A stretch of DNA of 64,000 bases from Cyanobacteriota bacterium. Its GTDB lineage: Bacteria; Cyanobacteriota; Cyanobacteriia; Cyanobacteriales; Nostocaceae. Below the pieces are notes generated by a model. That model did not search any database and was not told the origin of the DNA. It worked only from the letters and a program-made list of their open reading frames with translations. Position numbers and translations under genes: made by a program. Where the stretch lies: contig JBJOKS010000016.1 of the NCBI GenBank assembly GCA_046045965.1, positions 1 through 64,000 on the forward strand. Reading direction: 5' to 3'. Shown in pieces: positions 52,102 through 62,210 of this stretch (positions are counted from its first letter, which is position 1; each line of letters begins with the position of its first letter).

Positions 52102-52947
52102 TTATTCTTCAATGTGAGCGCAACGACGATAAAGGAAGTCGAGGGCGTAGTTTCTGAGGTGATAATATTCTGGGTTTTCCATGATGCGGCGACGGTTACG
52201 AGGACGGGAGAAGGGTATTTCTAATATTTCGCCAATGTTTGCTGCTGGTCCGTTGGTCATCATGACTAATTTATCTGCTAGAAAAAGTGCTTCGTCTATG
52301 TCATGGGTGATCATTAAAACTGTGACTTGATGATCTGACCAAATTTGTAGGAGTTCTTCTTGTAGTTCTTCTTTGGTGATGGCATCTAATGCACCGAATG
52401 GTTCATCTAATATTAGGACTTGGGGACGGATGGCTAAAGCACGGGCGATCGCTACTCTTTGTTTCATTCCTCCTGATATTTGATTTGGTGTTTTTTCGGC
52501 TGCTTCTGTTAGTCCTACCATTGCTAAATGTTCTCTGACTATTGCCCTTTTTTCGGCTTGGTTTTTGTTAGGAAATACTGCATCAACTGCTAGGTAAACA
52601 TTATCAAATACGTTTAACCAAGGTAGTAAGCAATAGTTTTGAAATACCATCATCCGATCTGGTCCTGGTTCGGTGATGGGTTGACCTTGTAACCATACAA
52701 TGCCGTTTGTAGGTGTGTTAAATCCAGAAACCATGTTTAAAAGTGTGGATTTTCCACAACCGGAATGTCCTATTAAACAAATAAATTCACCTTCACTAAT
52801 TTTCAGGTTAATGTTATCGAGTACGGTATATGGTCCTTCGGCTGTGGGATATATTTTGTTGAGGTTATCAATTACTAGAAAGTCTGCTTGTTTATGGTTT
52901 GATAATTGTTGAGATTTTGTCTTTCTGTTGAAGTTTAATGTTGTCAT
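52102..52947 (-). CDS. nrtD: Nitrate ABC transporter ATPase NrtD
   Basis: GHSGCGKS, ISGGMKQR, LDEPFGALD; likely start 52947. Confidence 0.93.
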   Translation of the reverse strand: MTTLNFNRKTKSQQLSNHKQADFLVIDNLNKIYPTAEGPYTVLDNINLKISEGEFICLIGHSGCGKSTLLNMVSGFNTPTNGIVWLQGQPITEPGPDRMMVFQNYCLLPWLNVFDNVYLAVDAVFPNKNQAEKRAIVREHLAMVGLTEAAEKTPNQISGGMKQRVAIARALAIRPQVLILDEPFGALDAITKEELQEELLQIWSDHQVTVLMITHDIDEALFLADKLVMMTNGPAANIGEILEIPFSRPRNRRRIMENPEYYHLRNYALDFLYRRCAHIEE

Positions 52948-53055
52948 GATTTTAAAAATTGGTAATGGGTAGTTCAATTTTGGATTTTGGATTTTGGATT
53001 TTGGAGTTCTTTTAACATCAATCTAAAATTATTTTGACTCCTGACTCCTGACTCC

Positions 53056-55026
53056 TTATATAAACACTTCTTCAACTCTAAGCTGGCGTTTAATTTCCAA
53101 ACTTTTGAGATATTCTATTGGTTCGGAAGGGTTAAATATTTTGCCATCAAATAGTTGAATGGTTTCTTCTCTACCAATATCTAAAATTCCCATTTCTCTG
53201 GCTGCTTCACCGAATATATCTGGGCGGCAAACTTTGTCAATTATTTCTATCCAGTTTTTGGGAAAAGCTACTAAACCCCATCGGGCTAATTGGGTTAGTA
53301 TCCATAGCATTTCGTTACGGTCGGGATAGTTGGCTTTGTTGAAATAAAATTGATGGGAAGTTTGAGTTTTTTGGTGATTATTTTCTGAAGAATTTTCTAT
53401 TAAATTTGTATGCAATTTGGTATGTAAATAGGGAGAAGTTAATGCGAGAACTGCTTTCTGGTTGCGAATATCATCACAGTATTCACAAGCTGCTAATAGG
53501 GCTTTTACTAATGCTAAATGTGTTTGTGGATTTTCTCGCGCCCAGTCTTCTCTTACTCCTAATACTTTATCAGGGTGTCCATGCCAAATTGCTGATGTAA
53601 TCTCAATAATAGAACCTAAATTTTGCTCAACTGCTTGTGTGTTCCAAGGTTCTCCTACACAATAACCATCAATTTTTTGATCTTGAAGGGCTGTGATCAT
53701 TTCTTCTGGTGCAATTGTGATTAAACTGACATCTATATCAGGTTCAATTCCATTTGCTGCTAACCAATAACGCAATAATAAGTTCTGCATTGATGCAGGA
53801 TGAACTATGCCTAATGTGTGGGTTTTGTCTAGGTCTGCGTTAATGGTTTTGTGAAATTCTGTGAGGTTTTTAACTCCATGATCAAATAGTTCTTTGCTGA
53901 ATGTAATGGCACTACCATTACGCGAAAGTGTCATTGCTGTAACTATGGAAATGGGTGTTTTACTACCTGCACCTAATGTCATTGCTAGGGGCATTCCTGC
54001 CACCATTTGGGCAGCATCAAATTTATTTGTGGCTATACCTTTGGCGATGTTATTCCAGTTATTTTCCGGGTGAAGATTGACTGTTAAACCGTATTCGGCA
54101 AAAAACCCTTTTTCTTGGGCAATTATTAAAGGTGCTGCTTGAGTGACGGGAAGATAACCAATTTCTAATTGAGTTTTTTCTAATGTTATTTCTAAGTTAT
54201 TCTGAGAAATGATTGCAGGTTTTGTGGGTTGTTTTTGGCGTTTTTTCGCTTCTTTTTGTTGGTTGAGGAAGTAGATCATTTCGTTCCGCAAGTTGTAATA
54301 ACTTGGATGGTTAACTACTTCTAACCGTTGACGGGGACGGGGAATAGGAACTTCTAAAATTTGTCCAATGTGTGCTTCTGGTCCATTGGTTAACATGACA
54401 ATGCGATCGCTTAATAATAAAGCCTCATCTACATCATGTGTCACCATTACACAAGTTATTTGATGTTCATTACAAATTTGCATTAATTGTTCTTGTAAAT
54501 TACCTCTGGTTAACGCATCTAACGCACCAAAAGGTTCATCTAACAATAACAATTTCGGACGAGTAGCTAAAGCACGGGCGATCGCCACTCTTTGTTTCAT
54601 TCCTCCAGATAATTCACTAGGACGTTTATTAGTTGCACGTCGTAAACCCACCAGATCAATATGTTCTTCTATTATTCCTCGACGTTCTCCTTGAGGTAAA
54701 TTTTGATGTACTTCATCAACAGCTAAAGCAATATTTTCTCTTACTGTTAACCAAGGAAGTAAAGAATAATTTTGAAAAACCACCATCCGATCTGGTCCAG
54801 GTTCTCTAACTTCTCTACCTTCCAAAGTCACCCCACCAATACTAGCGCGATCTAAACCGGCGATAATATTAAGTAAAGTGGACTTTCCACAACCAGAATG
54901 ACCAATTAAAGAAATAAATTCACCCTGGCGAATTTTCAACTCAATATTTTTTAAAGCGATATATTTACCACCATTAGGGAGGTTAAATATTTTGTCCAAG
55001 TGGTCAATTTCTACAAAAGTCTTCAT
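53056..55026 (-). CDS. nrtC: Nitrate ABC transporter ATPase NrtC with NrtA-like regulatory domain
   Basis: ABC domain plus C-terminal YWLAA.GI.P, GEPWN domain. Confidence 0.95.
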   Translation of the reverse strand: MKTFVEIDHLDKIFNLPNGGKYIALKNIELKIRQGEFISLIGHSGCGKSTLLNIIAGLDRASIGGVTLEGREVREPGPDRMVVFQNYSLLPWLTVRENIALAVDEVHQNLPQGERRGIIEEHIDLVGLRRATNKRPSELSGGMKQRVAIARALATRPKLLLLDEPFGALDALTRGNLQEQLMQICNEHQITCVMVTHDVDEALLLSDRIVMLTNGPEAHIGQILEVPIPRPRQRLEVVNHPSYYNLRNEMIYFLNQQKEAKKRQKQPTKPAIISQNNLEITLEKTQLEIGYLPVTQAAPLIIAQEKGFFAEYGLTVNLHPENNWNNIAKGIATNKFDAAQMVAGMPLAMTLGAGSKTPISIVTAMTLSRNGSAITFSKELFDHGVKNLTEFHKTINADLDKTHTLGIVHPASMQNLLLRYWLAANGIEPDIDVSLITIAPEEMITALQDQKIDGYCVGEPWNTQAVEQNLGSIIEITSAIWHGHPDKVLGVREDWARENPQTHLALVKALLAACEYCDDIRNQKAVLALTSPYLHTKLHTNLIENSSENNHQKTQTSHQFYFNKANYPDRNEMLWILTQLARWGLVAFPKNWIEIIDKVCRPDIFGEAAREMGILDIGREETIQLFDGKIFNPSEPIEYLKSLEIKRQLRVEEVFI

Positions 55027-55056
55027 AGGGAATAGGGAATAATTACGAATTACAAA

Positions 55057-55899
55057 TTATTTATGTTCTGTTTTGACAACTTTGTCAGCAGCAAAAGCCA
55101 CCATTCTATCTAACATCAGACCTACCAAACCAACATAAACTAACGCAATAATAATCTCACTCAAATTAGTTTCTGTGGTCGTATTGTAAGCATCCCAAAT
55201 AAACGAACCAATACCCACACCACCAACTAACATTTCTGCGGCGACAATTGCTAACCAAGATAAACCGATACCAATTCTTAAACCTGTGAAAATATAAGGA
55301 ACAGTTGCCGGAAAAACAATTTTCAAGAAATATTTACCCTTACGTAAACGCAAAACACGGGCAACATTTACATAATCTTGGGGAATATTTTGTACACCCA
55401 CAGTTGTATTAATTAAAATCGGCCAAATTGAAGTAATGAAAATTACGAAAATTGCTGAAGGGTTGGCTTGTTGAAAAGCAGCGAGAGAAATAGGCAACCA
55501 AGCAAGGGGGGGAATAGTTCTTAATACTTGAAAAATGGGATCTACAGCATTATATAAAAACTTATTCACCCCAATAAATATTCCTAAAACTACCCCAACA
55601 ACTGCTGCTAAAGAAAAACCTAAAGCCACCCTACCTAAACTGGTTAAAATTTGCCAACCCAAACCTTTATCACTTTCACCATTATCAAAAAACGGATGAA
55701 TAATGAACGGGTCCCAAGTTTCAGAAAATGTTTCAATTGGTCCGGGTAATTGAAAACTAGGAATTAAACAAAGTAATTCCCACAACACCAAAAAAATAAA
55801 TAAACCAAATAGTGGCGGTACTATTTTATTTACTAAAAACTTATTAATTGCCTTCTGCTGTTTACTACTAACTCTACGACTGCCAACACTAATAGCCAT
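55057..55899 (-). CDS. nrtB: Nitrate ABC transporter permease
   Basis: PPLAWLP, WLAIVAAEM. Confidence 0.95.
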   Translation of the reverse strand: MAISVGSRRVSSKQQKAINKFLVNKIVPPLFGLFIFLVLWELLCLIPSFQLPGPIETFSETWDPFIIHPFFDNGESDKGLGWQILTSLGRVALGFSLAAVVGVVLGIFIGVNKFLYNAVDPIFQVLRTIPPLAWLPISLAAFQQANPSAIFVIFITSIWPILINTTVGVQNIPQDYVNVARVLRLRKGKYFLKIVFPATVPYIFTGLRIGIGLSWLAIVAAEMLVGGVGIGSFIWDAYNTTTETNLSEIIIALVYVGLVGLMLDRMVAFAADKVVKTEHK

Positions 55900-55928
55900 T
55901 TTTTACTCCTACATTCATAAAATATTCA

Positions 55929-56011
55929 GTAGGTTGGGTTAAGCGATAGCGCAACCCAACAAATTCTGCAACAAATTCTTCAAAATGTTGGGTTTGATCA
56001 ACCCAACCTAC
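55929..56011. repeat. REP-like doublet between nrtA and nrtB
   Basis: GTAGGTTGGGTT..AACCCAAC ... GTTGGGTT..AACCCAACCTAC. Confidence 0.8.
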
Positions 56012-56013
56012 TA

Positions 56014-57336
56014 TTAAACTTTTTTAATTTGCAAACTCTTTAAATATTCCTCTGGTTTTTCTGGATCAAATTTCACACCATCAAAAAATGTTTCCACACC
56101 ACGAGAAGAACTACTAGGAATTTCCGCAGCAGCTACACCTAAAGCCTTAGCTGCTTGTTTCCATAAATCTTCTCTATTTACCTGATCAACAACTTCTTTA
56201 ATTTTCGTATCTTTAGGTAAATAACCCCAGCGAATTTCTTCAGTTAAGAACCAAGTATCATGACTCTTATAGGGATAAGAAGCATTATCAGCCCAATACT
56301 TCATCCGATAGGCAAAGTTTTCTTCTTTGCGTCCATCACCATAATCAATATTACCTTTAGAACGTTCTAAAATGTCAGCAACAGCCACATTAAAGTATTT
56401 TCTATCAGCACAAATTTTACACATTTCCTCTTTATTTTCTGGCTGATCACACCATTGTTGTGCTTCCATAATTGCCATTAATAATGCTTGTGTAGAATTG
56501 GGATTTTTATCAACCCAATCTTTCCGCATCGCAAAGGCTTTTTCTGGATGATTATTCCATAATTCACCTGTTGTTAAAGCAGTATAACCTAATTTTTGGG
56601 TAACTAATTGAGCGTTCCAAGGTTCACCAACACAGAAAGCATCTACAGTTCCTACTTTCATATTAGCTACCATTTGTGGTGGTGGAACTGCCTCCAAAAT
56701 TACATCTTGATCTGGATTAATACCACCAGCAGCTAACCAATAACGCATCCATAAATCATGAGTACCACCGGGAAAAGTCATTGCAACTTTGATGGATTTT
56801 TTATCAGCTTTGGCTTTATTTGCTGCGTCTTTTAAAGATTTACTTTGTACGCCGATTTTTAAATCTTTGAATTTTTCTGCCACAGAAATAGCTTGACCAT
56901 TGGTATTTAATCTGGCTAATAAATACATTGGTACTTTATCATTGATGGTCAATAAATAAGGCATGGGGCTAAGAATATGTGCGCCATCAATACCACCACC
57001 AGATGAGCCAATTTTCAGGTTATCACGGGTAACAGCCCAGGATTTTTGTTTGCTGACTTCTACATCAGTCATGCCATATTTAGCAAAGAAACCTTTTTCT
57101 TTGGCAATAATTAAAGGTGCAGCATCAGTTAAGGCAATAAATCCTAATTTGGCTTTTGTTATTTCTACTTTTGGGGCATTACTAACTGTGGAATTGTTAG
57201 CAAGTTGGGCAGTTGAAGCAGCAGTATTTGTTGTTGCTGACTGAGAGTTATTAGATGAACAACCGTGCGCTATGATGGAAGTTGCTGCTGCTAAACTGGA
57301 GGTAATAATAAATTTTCTGCGGGAAATATTGCTCAT
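56014..57336 (-). CDS. nrtA: Nitrate/nitrite-binding lipoprotein
   Basis: SRRKFI signal and lipobox HGC; LGFIALTD, TFPGGTHD, GEPWN, HPEK. Confidence 0.95.
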   Translation of the reverse strand: MSNISRRKFIITSSLAAATSIIAHGCSSNNSQSATTNTAASTAQLANNSTVSNAPKVEITKAKLGFIALTDAAPLIIAKEKGFFAKYGMTDVEVSKQKSWAVTRDNLKIGSSGGGIDGAHILSPMPYLLTINDKVPMYLLARLNTNGQAISVAEKFKDLKIGVQSKSLKDAANKAKADKKSIKVAMTFPGGTHDLWMRYWLAAGGINPDQDVILEAVPPPQMVANMKVGTVDAFCVGEPWNAQLVTQKLGYTALTTGELWNNHPEKAFAMRKDWVDKNPNSTQALLMAIMEAQQWCDQPENKEEMCKICADRKYFNVAVADILERSKGNIDYGDGRKEENFAYRMKYWADNASYPYKSHDTWFLTEEIRWGYLPKDTKIKEVVDQVNREDLWKQAAKALGVAAAEIPSSSSRGVETFFDGVKFDPEKPEEYLKSLQIKKV

Positions 57337-57481
57337 TTTCAACTCTTAGTCAGTGTTAATTTGGGTTTGCAGTTATGTTTGAATACTTTTAAGTAACGAA
57401 CCACAGAGGCACAGAGGACACGGAGAATGGAATTTTTACTTAACAGTATTGATTGAGTTTTTTTGATTTTTGGCTGTTTAA

Positions 57482-59032
57482 TTAATGGGAAATTAAGGCT
57501 TCTTCCCGAACTTTTGCACCGAAGTTTTGAATGAGTATTTCTTTTAATATGGGTTGTAAATCTTCACAAGGAACGCTTTTTTGTACACAAGTTCCTAGTT
57601 TAGCATCTTTACCAACTTTCCCCCCCATATAAATATCAACTCCTTCTACTGTTTGTCCGTTTTTTCTAACTTTTGTTCCCATTAAACCAATGTCTGCTAC
57701 TTGGGGTTGTCCGCAGGAATTTGGGCATCCTGTCCAGTGAATACGCACTGGTTTTGATAATATTAATTCCTGTTCTAATGCTTTGGTCATTTGCACTGCG
57801 CGGTTTTTGGTTTCTATTAAAGCAAAGTTACAAAATTGTGCGCCTGTACAAGATACTAATGCTCGCATTAATAAGCCAGGATTTACACCAAATTTATTTA
57901 ACAATGCTTCTGTTAAGAAGGTGTTTAATGCTGAATCGGAAATGTTAGGAATTATGGCGTTTTGTTCTACTGTAAATCTGATTTCTCCACTGCCATAAAC
58001 TTCTGCTAATCTTCCTAATTCAAACATATCATCAGCAGATAATCTACCAACGGGAATGTTTAAACCGACATAATTTAATCCTGGTTGTTTTTGGGGATAA
58101 ATTCCAATATGATCCCGTTTTTCCCAGTCTATTTCGTCTTTTGGTGCGGCAGTTTTAAAGGTTTTTCCCCAGTGTTTTTCTACTTCATTGCGGAATTTTT
58201 CTAAACCCCATTCATCAATTAACCACATTAACCGGGCTTTTTGGCGATTAAGACGTAAACCATGATCTCTGAAAATCTCGACAATGGCTTTACATAAACT
58301 GACAACTTCTTCAGGTTTTACCCATACATTTAAAGGTATTGCTGCTTCACAACGTTTACCGGAGAAAAAACCACCGACTAAAACGTTAAATCCAAATCCT
58401 TCTTTAAATGCTGGGACAAATGCTAAATCATTAATTTCTGCATGAACTGAATTATCTCTACCTCCAGTTACAGCAATGTTAAATTTACGCGGAAGATTGG
58501 TAAATTCTGGGTTTCCTTCTCCGTTGTTAGTCAGCATATCTTGTATTTGCTGTACTAATTCTCTGGTATCATATAACTCATTGGCATCTAACCCGGCTAC
58601 AGGATCACCTGTGATGTTACGGATATTATCCATGCCGGATTGAATGGTAGTTAAACCAACAGTGTTAAATTTATTAAAGATGTCAGGAATATCTGAAAAA
58701 TTGATCCCGCGCAGTTGTATATTTTGTCTAGTGGTGATATCTGCGCTGCCGTCGTCACCGTAACGCTGTATCACTTCTGCTAAAACATACATTTGACTGC
58801 TGGTGAGAATGCCGTTAGGTATCCGCATCCGCATCATGAATTTTCCGGGTGTTACTGGGCGAAAAAACACTCCTAACCATTTTAGGCGATGGTTGAGGTC
58901 GTTTTCGTCCATTGCTTCCCAACCAATTTTGACAAATTCGCTGATTTCGTCTTTTACTGCAAGTCCGTCTTTTTCAGCTTTGAATTTCTCAAATTTATTC
59001 AGTTTTTCGGTGGTAGTTGCTGTTTCTGTCAT
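57482..59032 (-). CDS. nirA: Ferredoxin-nitrite reductase
   Basis: TTRQNIQ, NLPRKFN, SCTGAQFC, TGCPNSCG siroheme/4Fe-4S motifs. Confidence 0.98.
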   Translation of the reverse strand: MTETATTTEKLNKFEKFKAEKDGLAVKDEISEFVKIGWEAMDENDLNHRLKWLGVFFRPVTPGKFMMRMRIPNGILTSSQMYVLAEVIQRYGDDGSADITTRQNIQLRGINFSDIPDIFNKFNTVGLTTIQSGMDNIRNITGDPVAGLDANELYDTRELVQQIQDMLTNNGEGNPEFTNLPRKFNIAVTGGRDNSVHAEINDLAFVPAFKEGFGFNVLVGGFFSGKRCEAAIPLNVWVKPEEVVSLCKAIVEIFRDHGLRLNRQKARLMWLIDEWGLEKFRNEVEKHWGKTFKTAAPKDEIDWEKRDHIGIYPQKQPGLNYVGLNIPVGRLSADDMFELGRLAEVYGSGEIRFTVEQNAIIPNISDSALNTFLTEALLNKFGVNPGLLMRALVSCTGAQFCNFALIETKNRAVQMTKALEQELILSKPVRIHWTGCPNSCGQPQVADIGLMGTKVRKNGQTVEGVDIYMGGKVGKDAKLGTCVQKSVPCEDLQPILKEILIQNFGAKVREEALISH

Positions 59033-59162
59033 GGTTGTTTTTTTGGGAACAGGACTGAGTTAATTGTTTATCCGTGTTCTTGTTGGTGCTGTTATTTCCA
59101 CCTTTGGAAATACAACTGATGGTAGTTTCCTTGTTGGTGGTTGTAACAATTTCGATATTGCT

Positions 59163-59204
59163 AAGTTAAGGTGAATTTTTATAACAATTCGTATAGCTTG
59201 TTAC
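59163..59204 (-). promoter_or_regulatory. Class II NtcA-activated nirA promoter
   Basis: GTAACAAGCTATAC (GTA-N8-TAC, 59204-59191), 22 nt, TAACTT -10 box. Confidence 0.9.
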
Positions 59205-59219
59205 GAAATTTTTGTAATT

Positions 59220-59256
59220 ATGCAGAAAACGGATATTGTGGTTGCGGTTTTTGCAT
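59220..59256. promoter_or_regulatory. Probable NtcB (LysR) binding sites
   Basis: ATGCAGAAAACGGAT (AT-N11-AT) plus inverted ATGCAAAAACCGCAA just upstream of the NtcA box. Confidence 0.7.
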
Positions 59257-59424
59257 ATCTTATTAGTATTCCTGAGTTTTGGAAAGGGTAAATATTGGAT
59301 TCTCACTAATAATTCAACGCAGATGAACGCAGATAAACGCAGATATTTTTTTATTTTTTTGAAATTTGATAAAATAGGAATAAGTGATGATTTCAAGGGA
59401 AATAATTTTAGGTGAGGCTAAACA

Positions 59425-59844
59425 ATGAAAGCTTTTGAAGTAACGGGTAAAATTGATGAAAAAGGTCAATTATTTTTAGATGAACCTTTACACATAGATA
59501 CACCTAGTCAAGTTAAAGTAATTATTCTTGTTGCCGATGAAAATCAAGAACAAAATGAGCATCAGGAAAAAGCAGTTATGAAAAATAGAATTGAGAAAGT
59601 TGTGAATATTTTAATGGAAGAACGTCCTTTATTTAAGGAAGAACTGAATGTAGAGGAACTGGTTCATAATTTATGCACTATTGTTCAGCGCAATTTAACT
59701 AATGAACAGTTTAATAAACTATCCGATGAAAAATTAAAAGAACATTGTAGCTTTGTCATGTCAACACAAATGTTATCAGGTTTATTAGATGATTTGACAC
59801 CTGAGCAAATCGCTATTTTTGATGAAGCTGTGAAAAGGAAATAA
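59425..59844 (+). CDS. Putative antitoxin (two-domain)
   Basis: GAGG RBS; stop 4 nt before vapC-like gene; beta-rich N-terminus plus acidic helical C-terminus. Confidence 0.7.
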   Translation: MKAFEVTGKIDEKGQLFLDEPLHIDTPSQVKVIILVADENQEQNEHQEKAVMKNRIEKVVNILMEERPLFKEELNVEELVHNLCTIVQRNLTNEQFNKLSDEKLKEHCSFVMSTQMLSGLLDDLTPEQIAIFDEAVKRK

Positions 59845-59848
59845 GGAA

Positions 59849-60262
59849 ATGAATTATTTATTAGATACAAACATTGTTTCTTTTGCAATGAAGAAAAATT
59901 TACAAATTATTCAAAAGTTAGGATCAATGAAATTTCAGGATGCGTCAATTTATATTAGTTGTATTACATATTTTGAAATCAAGAGAGGTTTATTTGCTAT
60001 TAAGTCTCCTAAACAAACAGAAGAATTTAATAAAATCTGTCAAGATTATCAAATCATTTTTTTAGATGATTTAGCAATTGTAGAAAAAGCAGCAGAAATT
60101 CACGCAAATCTCAGGTTACGAGGTTTACCTATTCAAACGGAAGATATTTTAATTGCTGCAACTGCTATTGTTAAGGGTTTTACTGTGGTTTCTAATGATA
60201 GTGATTTGTTGCGGGTTGAAGGTTTAAAGGTTGAGAATTGGTTAGATGATGAAAGTTGTTAA
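59849..60262 (+). CDS. vapC: VapC-family PIN toxin
   Basis: YLLDTNI, FEIKRG, DILIAATA, SNDSD. Confidence 0.9.
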   Translation: MNYLLDTNIVSFAMKKNLQIIQKLGSMKFQDASIYISCITYFEIKRGLFAIKSPKQTEEFNKICQDYQIIFLDDLAIVEKAAEIHANLRLRGLPIQTEDILIAATAIVKGFTVVSNDSDLLRVEGLKVENWLDDESC

Positions 60263-60722
60263 AAACTATCAATTGATATAATTGCATTGTAATCTTCTAA
60301 TAACAAGTTACATAAAAGCAGACAGGCTCACGTCTCCAAAATAAATAAAGGATTTAATTTCATATTCACACTAACAAAATCCAAGTGAACCCAATCTATC
60401 AAGCTAGACAAATACGCGGAAAAATTTGATACTCTGATTAGGTTTATCGCTGCAAACATCGGATGAGAATACTTGACCGCCTATTGCAAAAACCTATGTA
60501 TAGCTGTACACAAGGCGGTATAGAACTTTTTTGACTATTTTTATGTAGATTTATTGTTACTTTAGAGTAAATTTACAGGAAATTTACAGGGAATTTACAT
60601 AGCTAATTTCTGGCAACTCTCCGTATAAACCTAGATTCATGAAAAAGATGCGCGATCACGCTCATATCTTGCACCTACCTAATAAACTCAGAAATAGCAG
60701 ACATAAATCACAAAATAATCAC

Positions 60723-60881
60723 GGGAGCATCCCAAATGTGTAAATTTATTTTTATCTAGGTAAAAATACTTCAAGGCTTGATATGATTTAACCGCAAAGG
60801 TGGCAAAGGACACAAAGATAAGAGATTTTGAGAGGTTTTTTAGTGTTGCTGCGTTCATTTTTTCAAAAATGGGATGCTCCC
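60723..60881. mobile_element. MITE-like element
   Basis: Perfect 12-bp TIRs GGGAGCATCCCA/TGGGATGCTCCC; no TSD visible. Confidence 0.75.
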
Positions 60882-60927
60882 CTAAATTAAGCTAAAATCA
60901 AATAAATAGTAAAATTCTCACAAGTAT

Positions 60928-61389
60928 ATGGTTACATCAACACAACCCAAAACTCAAACCCTATACGATCAAGATTATTACCTGTGGATAAAAACAACCA
61001 TTAACCAACTTCGCACAGGACAATTTTCTGATGTTGATTTAGAGAACTTATTAGAAGAATTAGAAACTATGGGTAGAAGTCAGAAGCGAACAATTAAAAG
61101 TTTATTAATTAAGCTTCTTGTACATCTACTAAAACTCAAATATTGGGATAATGAAAGAGAAAGAAATCAAGGACATTGGAAAGGTGAAATTAGAACATTT
61201 AGAATCGAAATAAAAGATGAACTCAAAGATAGTCCTAGTTTAAAACCTTACATTTTAGAAATATTTGATGAATGTTATCAAGATGCTAGAAAAGAAGCAT
61301 CAGATCGTTCTCAACTTCCCCTTGATACATTCCCTATTATCCCCATCGGTTCTTTAGAACAAATCCTAGATGAAAACTGGTTTCAGTGA
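60928..61389 (+). CDS. DUF29 family protein
   Basis: LYDQDYYLW, DLENLLEELETMGRS, LLVHLLKLKYW, SPSLK. Confidence 0.92.
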   Translation: MVTSTQPKTQTLYDQDYYLWIKTTINQLRTGQFSDVDLENLLEELETMGRSQKRTIKSLLIKLLVHLLKLKYWDNERERNQGHWKGEIRTFRIEIKDELKDSPSLKPYILEIFDECYQDARKEASDRSQLPLDTFPIIPIGSLEQILDENWFQ

Positions 61390-61587
61390 AGATGGTTAAA
61401 ATGAATGAGTTTTCAAAGATTCTCGAATTTTCTCCCCTGGTAATTACAAATTACTGGGGATTATTTTAAATTTATCCTTAATTATATCACTACAAATTAA
61501 ATTTTTTAATACTCGATAATGACAATATTCAAATTAATGAGTAATAATAAGCAATAGTCAAAAATCAAACCAGAAATTACAGCATCT

Positions 61588-62028
61588 ATGAAACGTCGTG
61601 AATTTTTGAATTGGGTGGGTTTAGGTTTATTAGCAAGTTCTTTACCTATAGCGATCGCAGCTTGTACCACAGACACAACCACAACAGCATCTTCACCTTC
61701 TCAGGGTGCTGCTAAAGACTGGCAAAAAATCGGTACTGTAGCAGAATTAGACAAAACAGGGCAATTATTAGTACAAGATTCTCCAGTGGGTGCAGTATTG
61801 GTAGTTGGTACATCTCGATCTGCAAACAATTTAATTGCTGTTAACCCTACGTGTACTCACAAAGGTTGTACCGTTGCATGGAAAACAGATAAAAATCAAT
61901 TTGTCTGTCCTTGTCATGATGCCAAATTTGCCCGTGATGGTAAAGTCCAGAAAAGTCCAGCCGAAAAACCGCTAAAAACCTACCTGACGAAGATTGAAAG
62001 TGGTTCTGTTTTTGTTAAAACTGCTTAA
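61588..62028 (+). CDS. Small Tat-exported Rieske 2Fe-2S lipoprotein
   Basis: KRREFL, IAAC, CTHKGC, CPCH. Confidence 0.92.
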   Translation: MKRREFLNWVGLGLLASSLPIAIAACTTDTTTTASSPSQGAAKDWQKIGTVAELDKTGQLLVQDSPVGAVLVVGTSRSANNLIAVNPTCTHKGCTVAWKTDKNQFVCPCHDAKFARDGKVQKSPAEKPLKTYLTKIESGSVFVKTA

Positions 62029-62133
62029 TACATTCGATGCTTGGTAAAGAAAGTATCAAGATGGCTTTGCTCCTGACTCCTGACTCCTGACTCTTAAATT
62101 CTGCGCTTCTACTGCCAATAAATTCAAAGATTC

Positions 62134-62147
62134 GTATCCAAATGTAC
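62134..62147 (+). promoter_or_regulatory. Candidate NtcA site upstream of ntcB
   Basis: GTATCCAAATGTAC (GTA-N8-TAC); no TAN3T at canonical 22-nt spacing. Confidence 0.45.
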
Positions 62148-62210
62148 TAAACTGAGGAGATAAATTCATTTAGGGAATGAAAGCCTTAAATTTAATTCAG
62201 GCTACTTAAA

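Noticed and set aside
59166..59396. 76-aa minus-strand ORF upstream of nirA
   Set aside because: Overlaps the NtcA/NtcB promoter and an AACGCAGAT repeat; no coding features.
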